Origin: Eukaryota sp. TZLM1-RC
Taxonomy: Eukaryota; Protista; Metamonada: BaSk clade
NCBI GenBank assembly: GCA_040285825.1
Contig: JAUPSS010000004.1
Location: 2,894,550-2,958,549 of the forward strand
Direction of reading: 5' to 3'
DNA: 64,000 bases
The notes beneath the pieces were generated by a model. The model was not told where the DNA came from. It searched no databases and was given only the letters and a program-made list of their open reading frames with translations. How positions within the stretch are numbered: the stretch's first letter is position 1; every line of letters starts with the position of its first letter. The position numbers and the translations under genes are program-made. Below are positions 47,991-59,000 of this stretch, piece by piece.

Positions 47991-50900
47991 TTTTTTTTAC
48001 AATAATTTTTAATTTTATTCAAAACCTATAAATCAACATCTAAAAAATCCATCTCTCCCAGAACAAAAACACTAGTTGCAACTCTCTCATAGTGAGATCC
48101 AAGAGAAAGCAAAGCATCAGAAACCATCTTCAACATCCCCTTAAAAATAGAAAACACAATTCCATTTTGCCAAAACAATCTGTTGAAATTTCTCCCAGTT
48201 CTTCTCTTTACAATCATTTGTGCCTCAAATTCAGAATGAATTGCAAGTTATTTTGGAAAAAATGAAAATTGAACTTGATTCAATTTCTTCTTTAGATATA
48301 GAAAAGCATATTAAATTTTTCATGCTTAAAATTTGCTACACTTGGAGAATAACCCACATTTTGAGATCTTGTGCTCCTTCCATAGCATTAGATTTTTGTC
48401 GTTCTTTTAATTCATTGAGAACAGAATTTTTTGCTGATTTATTGGATGTAGAACCAGGAATGTTGAAAAGCCATTTATTTTCTTCAGCAAATTTGGGTGG
48501 TATTGGTTTTACTAAATCTTCAATTTTGTGTCAATCAGCATTCTTGGGTGGTGGCAAAATTTTATTTATGAATTTTCTCGTAGATTTCCTGATGATTCTC
48601 ATCTGTTAGTCCCCAATTGTAGTCCCTATTTGTATGAGTTATCTTGTGAACTTGAAAAATTACCGCCACAATTTTTTTTTTAAAAAATTTAATTTTATTC
48701 TAAACCTATAAATCAACATCTAAAAAATCCATCTCTCCCAAAACAAAAACACTAGATGCAACTCTCTCATAGTGAGATCCAAGTGAAGGCAAAGCATCAG
48801 AAACCATCTTCAACATCCCCTTAAAAATAGAAAACACAATTCTATTTTGCCAAAACAATCTGTTGAAATTTCTGCCAGTTCTTCTCTTTACAATCATTTC
48901 AAAATCATCCAAAAAACGTAAAGCAGTTGGTGCAAGTGAACCAAAAAGGGAAAATACAAATGGATACAAATTGTATTTTGCATGCTGTATTTGAACATCC
49001 TTTTTTTTTAAAATTTAATTCTATTCTAAACCTATAAATCAACATCTAAAAAATCCATCTCTCCCAAAACAAAAACACTAGATGCAACTCTCTCATAGTG
49101 AGATCCAAGAGAAAGCAAAGCATCAGAAACCATCTTCAACATCCCCTTAAAAATAGAAAACACAATTCTATTTTGCCAAAACAATCTGTTGAAATTTCTG
49201 CCAGTTCTTCTCTTTACAATCATTTCAAAATCATCCAAAAAACGTAAAGCAGTTGGTGCAAGTGAACCAAAAAGGGAAAATACAAATGGATACAAATTGT
49301 ATTTTGCATGCTGTAGACTGGCCAATTTGGACAAAGGTTCATTGTATTTTTTGAATTTAAAAAAAATTTTCAGCATTTGAAAGGGGATTATGAATTTCAG
49401 AATTAACAAGCCTTTCATTTGAGGCATTACAAGGATCAACAGACATTACATCCAATAAAATGAAGCTTCCATCTAATCCAGGTAATATGACATCACCTCT
49501 ATTATTCTTATGAAAATCATTTTCAGCATCAAACAGATTTGACAACAAAGGTTCCAAGAAGGATTCAATTCTATGAGATTTACACATACAATATAACTGG
49601 TCTCTTACAGCATCATGAACCTTGCTTCTAAAAATAATAAAATGTTTACAATTTAACAAATGAGTAGTTGTAATTTCTCGAGAACATTTACAAATTAAAT
49701 TATGAGGTAAATTATCAGGCCAGATAAAGGAACGAAATCTCATATTCAGAGTCCAAGCAGAATCGGATAAGAGAGTACCATAAACTTGTGGAATTGTTGT
49801 TACTAAGGCAGAAGAAGGCACACATATCTTGTAAAAGCTTTGCAAAAGCGGGATTCTTTTTCTTGGCCAAGCCAAGTCTAACATCAAAATCCAAGCTTTC
49901 AAAAATCTTTGACAATTTTTGTTGAAGCTTTTTACAGCAAAACTGTAAATTAAATAGAGATCGGTTTGGAATTTCTTGAATTGATTGAGGAAAACATTTG
50001 GTCCAAATTTGTGGCGGTAATTTTTCAAGTTCACAAGATAACTCATACAAATAGGGACTACAATTGGGGACTAACAGATGAGAATCATCAGGAAATCTAC
50101 GAGAAAATTCATAAATAAAATTTTGCCACCACCCAAGAATGCTGATTGACACAAAATTGAAGATTTAGTAAAACCAATACCACCCAAATTTGCTGAAGAA
50201 AATAAATGGCTTTTCAACATTCCTGGTTCTACATCCAATAAATCAGCAAAAATTCTGTTCTCAATGAATTAAAAGAACGACAAAAATCTAATGCTATGGA
50301 AGGAGCACAAGATCTCAAAATGTGGGTTATTCTCCCAGTGTAGCAAATTTTAAGCATGAAAAATTTAATATGCTTTTCTATATCTAAAGAAGAAATTGAA
50401 TCAAGTTCAATTTTCATTTTTTTCCAAAATAACTTGCAATTCATTCTGAATTTGAGGCACATTTCTAACCAACAACCAAGGAACTTAAAAAGCATCACTA
50501 CTATAATTAGTAAAAGGGACAATAGAATCGTTTATCACGAGGTCTTGAGCAGAAGAGCCAATCAGAAGGCATTTGCTGGCATTAAGATGAAGCCCAATAT
50601 TTTCATATGAATCGGCAATTTCTTGAGCAACCAATTCTAGTAAATCAAATGAACCAATCAAGGATATATCATCCATATAAGCAACCATTTTTATAGAAGG
50701 GTATTTTTGCTTAATGATATTTAAAGTTTTGTGAATAGCTAAACAAAACAATAATGGGCCTAAAGGATCTCCCTGCTTCACTCCAGAAGATGATTTAAGA
50801 CCAAATGAATTAAAAATTAAATCTGATTCTTTCCCATAAAAATGGTAGAAAAAACTCGATAGCTCAGGAAAATCAGATTTAATAACTTCAAAAATTGCTT

Positions 50901-51600
50901 CTCGCTTTACAGAATTAAAAGCATTTTTAAAGTCGAGATTAAAAATAAAATTATTTTCCTCTGCATTAAAAAAGGTATCAGAGGCAATAGCAGCAACAGA
51001 AGCACCATCAATTGTTTTGATTCCAAATTGATGAGGATTCAAAAATGTAGAAGCTTTGTCTTTGACACGATCGAAGACAATTGATGCCAGCAAACGAAAA
51101 AGAGATTCACCAACAGCAATTGGGCGTATTCCATCAGGTTTGATTCCGTTTCCACGCTTTACTAAAGCAATCAGACGTGCAGCGAGTAATTCAAATGGAG
51201 GATTAATTTTCAAAACAATTAATTGTTGAAAATAATGGGCTAGATCATCAGCAATTTCGGGAGCACTGGAACACGCTATTTTTAAGAGATCAAAAGAAAT
51301 TCCAGATGAGCCTGCTGCTTTCCCCTTTGGTAATTTTTGAATAGCTTTAAGAACCTCAATTGCAGTAATAGGTTTTTCAATCCAAAAAGGACGCACTTCA
51401 GGCTTGCTGCACTTGAAATTTTCTTGAGGATGCAACTTTTGAAGTTTTTCAAGGGTATCAGAGTTTGCATCAGCCAAAGAAGAGGAAAACAAAGACTGCT
51501 TTGCGGCACCATAACGACCACGTAAGCACAATTTACGGCAAATTTTTGATTTTACAATTTTTTCAAAATCATCCAAAAAACGTAAAGCAGTTGGTGCAAG
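47991..51600. mobile_element. Family A fragments: A- 47991-48218; A+ 48219-48672; A- 48672-48989; long A- 49001-~51560
   Basis: Tails at 47991, 48672 and 49001; RT in ORF 50485-51576. Confidence 0.88.
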
Positions 51601-54600
51601 TTTTTTTTTCTCCCTCCCTTAGTCAACCCTTTCATATTTCACTTTCTGTCAAAGCGTCAAAGTCGTACTGTTTCTCTGTCAAAACGATGCCTTTGGCTGA
51701 TAGTGACTCTGATACTGATTGGAACGCCCAAGCAAAGATTCTACCAGTCAGATCAAGCTCATCCACTCCACTTCCCCACTCTCCCCACAATACAAGCTAT
51801 GCTCGAAATTCATCCACAAAAAAATTTTCATTCAAAAACTGATCATTGTACCAGAAAAAACACAGAAAAACCACCATTACGTTCCTTGCGTTCTGTTGCG
51901 CGTTCTATTAACAACTCCGTTTCTCGAAACTTGTTTTCTCCAGCTGAAACTGCAGAAAGTCAAAAGTCTATTTCTACTTTTAACTCAAAAATTGACAAAA
52001 TTGAAAGAACTGAAAAAATGAAACCACTGCCATTAAAAGGTTCTAAAAAATGTTCGATTTGTGGTATCAGTGGTCATAATTCGAGAACGTGCCCTGAGAA
52101 ACAAAAAAGAGAATTTGAATTAAAATCTGCTCAACAAATTCTCAAATGTTCTGTTCCAGCTGTTGCCGTTGTGAAAGATGCTGAAAATAATGTTTCTGAC
52201 GATCAACAGTTAAATGCTTCTAGTGTTCCCTTTTCTTCCCCTTCTGAAAACAGTAATTTTTGTTGTCCATTTTGCAAAAAAGATGTTGCAGATTCACGAG
52301 ATGGTCGAAAACTTCTGTTTTGTACGAATTGTAAAGCCGTTGATACCGTAAGACCCCCGATCCGGATCCCAGTAGAAATAAGTCCCGCCAGCACAATCCC
52401 CTTCTCAATGGAAATGAGAAATTTTACTTCTGAATTGAAAAATAATAAGTGGAATATTTCATCCTTCTGGAAATATTTTGTTAGAAAAAACAAAAATTGT
52501 TTTAAGAAAAAATTTGGAAATAGAAAAATTGTAAAATCACAAATTTGCCGTAAATTGTGCTTACGTGGTCGTTATGGTGCCGCAAAGCAGTCTTTGTTTT
52601 CCTCTTCTTTGGCTGATGCAAACTCTGATACCCTTGAAAAACTTCAAAAGTTGCATCCTCAAGAAAATTTCAAGTGCAGCAAGCCTGAAGTGTGTCCTTT
52701 TTGGATTGAAAATCCTATTACTGCAATTGAAGTTCTTAAAGCTATTCAAAAATTGCCAAAGGGGAAAGCAGCAGGCCCATCTGGAATTTCTTTTGATCTG
52801 TTGAAAATAGCGTGTTCCAGTGCTCCTGAAATTGCTGATGATCTAGCCCACTATTTTCAACAATTGATTGTTTTGAAAATTAATCCTCCATTTGAATTAC
52901 TCGCAGCACGTCTGATTGCTTTAGTAAAGCCTGAAAACGGAATCAAACCTGATGGAATACGCCCAATTGCTGTTGGTGAATCTCTTTCTCGTTTGCTAGC
53001 ATCAATTGTCTTCGATCGTGTCAAAGACAAAGCTTCTACATTTTTGAATCCTCATCAATTTGGAATCAAAACAATTGATGGCGCTTCTGTTGCTGCTATT
53101 GCCTCTGATACCTTTTTTAATGCAGAGGAAAATAATTTTATTTTTAATCTCGACTTTAAAAATGCTTTTAATTCTGTAAAGCGAGAAGCAATTTTTGAAG
53201 TTATTAAATCTGATTTTCCTGAGCTATCGAGTTTTTTTCTACCATTTTTATGGGAAAGAATCAGATTTAATTTTTAATTCATTTGGTCTTAAATCATCTT
53301 CTGGAGTGAAGCAGGGAGATCCTTTAGGCCCATTATTGTTTTTGTTTAGCTATTCACAAAACTTTAAATATCATTAAGCAAAAATACCCTTCTATAAAAA
53401 TAGTTGCTTATATGGATGATATATCCTTGATTGGTTCATTTGATTTACTAGAATTGGTTGCTCAAGAAATTGCCGATTCATATGAAAATATTGGGCTTCA
53501 TCTTAATGCCAGCAAATGCCTTCTGATTGGCTCTTCTGCTCAAGACCTCGTGATAAACGATTCTATTGTCCCTTTTACTAATTATAGTAGTGATGCTTTT
53601 AAGTTCCTTGGTTGTTGGTTAGGAAATGTGCCTCAAATTCAGAATGAATTGCAAGTTATTTTGGAAAAAACGAAAATTGAACTTGATTCAATTTCTTCTT
53701 TAGATATAGAAAAGCATATTAAATTTTTCATGCTTAAAATTTGCTACACTGGGAGAATAACCCACATTTTGAGATCTTGTGCTCCTTCCATAGCATTAGA
53801 TTTTTGTCGTTCTTTTAATTCATTGAGAACAGAATTTTTTGCTGATTTATTGGATGTAGAACCAGGAATGTTGAAAAGCCATTTATTTTCTTCAGCAAAT
53901 TTGGGTGGTATTGGTTTTACTAAATCTTCAATTTTGTGTCAATCAGCATTCTTGGGTGGTGGCAAAATTTTATTTATGAATTTTCTCGTAGATTTCCTGA
54001 TGATTCTCATCTGTTAGTCCCCAATTGTAGTCCCTATTTGTATGAGTTATCTTGTGTACTTGAAAAATTACCGCCACAAATTTGGACCAAATGTTTTCCT
54101 CAATCAATTCAAGAAATTCCAAACCGATCTCTATTTAATTTACAGTTTTGCTGTAAAAAGCTTCAACAAAAATTGTCAAAGATTTTTGAAAGCTTGGATT
54201 TTGATGTTAGACTTGGCTTGGCCAAGAAAAAGAATCCCGCTTTTGCAAATCTTTTACAAGATATGTGTGACAGTACTTCTTCTGCCTTAGTAACAACAAT
54301 TCCAAAAGTTTATGGTACTCTCTTATCCGATTCTGCTTGGACTCTGAATATGAGATTTCGTTCCTTTATCTGGCCTGATAATTTACCTCATAATTTAATT
54401 TGTAAATGTTCTCGAGAAATTACAACTACTCATTTGTTAAATTGTAAACATTTTATTACTTTTAGAAGCAAGGTTCATGATGCTGTAAGAGACCAGTTAT
54501 ATTGTATGTGTAAATCTCATAGAATTGAATCCTTCTTGGAACCTTTGTTGTCAAATCTGTTTGATGCTGAAAATGATTTTCATAAGAATAATAGAGGTGA

Positions 54601-55090
54601 TGTCATATTACCTGGATTAGATGGAAGCTTCATTTTATTGGATGTAATGTCTGTTGATCCTTGTAATGCCTCAAATGAAAGGCTTGTTAATTCTGAAATT
54701 CATAATCCCCTTTCAAATGCTGAAAATTTTAAATTCAAAAAATACAATGAACCTTTGTCCAAATTGGCCAGTCTACAGCATGCAAAATACAATTTGTATC
54801 CATTTGTATTTTCCCTTTTTGGTTCACTTGCACCAACTGCTTTACGTTTTTTGGATGATTTTGAAATGATTGTAAAGAGAAGAACTGGCAGAAATTTCAA
54901 CAGATTGTTTTGGCAAAATAGAATTGTGTTTTCTATTTTTAAGGGGATGTTGAAGATGTTTTCTGATGCTTTGCTTTCTCTTGGATCTCGCTATGAGAGA
55001 GTTGCATCTAGTGTTTTTGTTTTGAGAGAGATGGATTTTTTAGATGTTGATTTATAGGTTTAGAATAAAATTAAATTTTTGAAAAAAAAA
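51601..55090 (+). mobile_element. Full-length (~3.5 kb) family A element: single ORF of ~1120 aa (zinc knuckle, C4 finger, RT, CCHC-type finger, RLE)
   Basis: Leader at 51601, ATG 51687, stop 55057, AATAAA and poly(A). Four frameshifts, all in homopolymer runs (~51820, ~53235, ~53340, ~53965). No matching TSD, so it may be a recombinant. Confidence 0.92.
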
Positions 55091-56048
55091 ATTTGTGGTA
55101 TCAGTGGTCATAATTCGAGAACGTGCCCTGAGAAACAAAAAAGAGAAGTTGAATTAAAATCTGCTCAACAAATTCTCAAATGTTCTGTTCCAGCTGTTGC
55201 CGTTGTGAAAGGTGCTGAAAATAATGTTTCTGACGATCAACAGTTAAATGCTTCTAGTGTTCCCTCTTCTTCCCCTTCTGAAAACAGTAATTTTTGTTGT
55301 CCATTTTGCAAAAAAGATGTTGCAGATTCACGAAATGGTCGAAAACTTCTGTTTTGTACGAATTGTAAAGCCGTTGATACCGTAAGACCCCCGATCCGGA
55401 TCCCAGTAGAAATAAGTCCCGCCAGCACAATCCCCTTCTCAATGGAAATGAGAAATTTTACTTCTGAATTGAAAAATAATAAGTGGAATATTTCATCCTT
55501 CTGGAAATATTTTGCTAGAAAAAACAAAAATTTATCGTATTTATTGAATTTGCACACTTGATTAAGTTAAATCATAACTAATGGGACGACTATCATTAAA
55601 CCAAGATTTCCTCTACAAAATCTTGATTTGCTTGCTGTCTAGCTAAAGCTTCTCTAATTCGATTGAAAAACCGCGGTAATCTATTAATAATGGCAAATTG
55701 AATCCGTGAACGCCATAAAAAAATATCAAATCTTTTCATTGTTTTTTCTTTCACCATTTTTTGGAAGTCATCCAAAAAAGTTTCTGCTTCAACTGATAAT
55801 CTTCCATTTATCGAAAATGGGAAAGCAATAAAAACCAGCTGTGTATTTCTATCGACATTTGCATCTTCAATTTCTTTATCATATTTTCTATGTTTTTCTT
55901 TTGCTTTAAAATCCAGAGCAGCCACAGGATTAAGTTTTCTTCTGTGAACCAAAGTATCGTTTGCAACATTACATGAGACAAAGTCAACAATAGCTTCAGA
56001 ATTATCAATCAAAACAAAAATTGTTTTAAGAAAAAATTTGGAAATAGA
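55091..56048 (+). mobile_element. Family A N-terminal fragment with antisense family D insert at 55533-56010
   Basis: 12-bp TSD aaaacaaaaatt at 55521-55532 and 56011-56022. Confidence 0.9.
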
Positions 56049-59000
56049 CACATTTCCTAACCAACAACCAAGGAACTTAAAAGCATCACTACTATAATTA
56101 GTAAAAGGGACAATAGAATCGTTTATCACGAGGTCTTGAGCAGAAGAGCCAATCAGAAGACATTTGCTGGCATTAAGATGAAGCCCAATATTTTCATATG
56201 AATCGGCAATTTCTTGAGCAACCAATTCTAGTAAATCAAATGAACCAATCAAGGATATATCATCCATATAAGCAACTATTTTTATAGAAGGGTATTTTTG
56301 CTTAATGATATTTAAAGTTTTGTGAATAGCTAAACAAAACAATAATGGGCCTAAAGGATCTCCCTGCTTCACTCCAGAAGATGATTTAAGACCAAATGAA
56401 TTAAAAATTAAATCTGATTCTTTTCCCATAAAAATGGTAGAAAAAAACTCGATAGCTCAGGAAAATCAGATTTAATAACTTCAAAAATTGCTTCTCGCTT
56501 TACAGAATTAAAAGCATTTTTAAAGTCGAGATTAAAAATAAAATTATTTTCCTCTGCATTAAAAAAGGTATCAGAGGCAATAGCAGCAACAGAAGCACCA
56601 TCAATTGTTTTGATTCCAAATTGATGAGGATTCAAAAATGTAGAAGCTTTGTCTTTGACACGATCGAAGACAATTGATGCCAGCAAACGAGAAAGAGATT
56701 CACCAACAGCAATTGGGCGTATTCCATCAGGTTTGATTCCGTTTCCAGGCTTTACTAGAGCAATCAGACGTGCTGCGAGTAATTCAAATGGAGGATTAAT
56801 TTTCAAAACAATCAATTGTTGAAAATAGTGGGCTAGATCATCAGCAATTTCGGGAGCACTGGAACACGCTATTTTTAACAGATCAAAAGAAATTCCAGAT
56901 GGGCCTGCTGCTTTCCCCTTTGGCAATTTTTGAATAGCTTTAAGAACTTCAATTGCAGTAATAGGATTTTCAATCCAAAAAGGACACACTTCAGGCTTGC
57001 TGCAGTTGAAATTTTCTTGAGGATGCAACTTTTGAAGTTTTTCAAGGGTATCAGAGTTTGCATTAGCCAAAGAAGAGGAAAACAAAGACTGCTTTGCGGC
57101 ACCATAACGACCACGTAAGCACAATTTACGGCAAATTTTTGATTTTACAATTTTTCTATTTCCAAATTTTTTTTTAAATTTAATTTTATTCTAAACCTAT
57201 AAATCAACATCTAAAAAATCCATCTCTCCCAAAACAAAAACACTAGATGCAATTCTCTCATAGTGAGATCCAAGAGAAAGCAAAGCATCAGAAACCATCT
57301 TCAACATCCCCTTAAAAATAGAAAACACAATTCTATTTTGCCAAAACAATCTGTTGAAATTTCTGCCAGTTCTTCTCTTTACAATCATTTCAAAATCATC
57401 CAAAAAACGTAAAGCAGTTGGTGCAAGTGAACCAAAAAGGGAAAATACAAATGGATACAAATTGTATTTTGCATGCTGTAGACTGGCCAATTTGGACAAA
57501 GGTTCATTGTATTTTTTGAATTTAAAATTTTCAGCATTTGAAAGGGGATTATGAATTTCAGAATTAACAAGCCTTTCATTTGAGGCATTACAAGGATCAA
57601 CAGACATTACATCCAATAAAATGAAGCTTCCATCTAATCCAGGTAATATGACATCACCTCTATTATTCTTATGAAAATCATTTTCAGCATCAAACAGATT
57701 TGACAACAAAGGTTCCAAGAAGGATTCAATTCTATGAGATTTACACATACAATATAACTGGTCTCTTACAGCATCATGAACCTTGCTTCTAAAAGTAATA
57801 AAATGTTTACAATTTAACAAATGAGTAGTTGTAATTTCTCGAGAACATTTACAAATTAAATTATGAGGTAAATTATCAGGCCAGATAAAGGAACGAAATC
57901 TCATATTCAGAGTCCAAGCAGAATCGGATAAGAGAGTACCATAAACTTGTGGAATTGTTGTTACTAAGGCAGAAGAAGTACTGTCACACATATCTTGTAA
58001 AAGATTTGCAAAAGCGGGATTCTTTTTCTTGGCCAAGCCAAGTCTAACATCAAAATCCAAGCTTTCAAAAATCTTTGACAATTTTTGTTGAAGCTTTTTA
58101 CAGCAAAACTGTAAATTAAATAGAGATCGGTTTGGAATTTCTTGAATTGATTGAGGAAAACATTTTTTTTTAAAATTTAATTTTATTCTAAACCTATAAA
58201 TCAACATCTAAAAAATCCATCTCTCCCAAAACAAAAACACTAGATGCAACTCTCTCATAGTGAGATCCAAGAGAAAGCAAAGCATCAGAAACCATCTTCA
58301 ACATCCCCTTAAAAATAGAAAACACAATTCTATTTTGCCAAAACAATCTGTTGAAATTTCTGCCAGTTCTTCTCTTTACAATCATTTCAAAATCATCCAA
58401 AAAACGTAAAGCAGTTGGTGCAAGTGAACCAAAAAGGGAAAATACAAATGGATACAAATTGTATTTTGCATGCTGTAGACTAGCCAATTTGGACAAAGGT
58501 TCATTGTATTTTTTGAATTTAAAATTTTCAGCATTTGAAAGGGGATTATGAATTTCAGAATTAACAAGCCTTTCATTTGAGGCATTACAAGGATCAACAG
58601 ACATTACATCCAATAAAATGAAGCTTCCATCTAATCCAGGTAATATGACATCACCTCTATTATTCTTATGAAAATCATTTTCAGCATCAAACAGATTTGA
58701 CAACAAAGGTTCCAAGAAGGATTCAATTCTATGAGATTTACACATACAATATAACTGGTCTCTTACAGCATCATGAACCTTGCTTCTAAAAGTAATAAAA
58801 TGTTTACAATTTAACAAATGAGTAGTTGTAATTTCTCGAGAACATTTACAAATTAAATTATGAGGTAAATTATCAGGCCAGATAAAGGAACGAAATCTCA
58901 TATTCAGAGTCCAAGCAGAATCGGATAAGAGAGTACCATAAACTTGTGGAATTGTTGTTACTAAGGCAGAAGAAGTGCTGTCACACATATCTTGTAAAAG

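Noticed and set aside
55596-56429. ORF fusing family A RT to family D endonuclease
   Set aside because: It crosses an inversion breakpoint and a TSD-flanked insertion and lacks most domains; accidental frame continuity.
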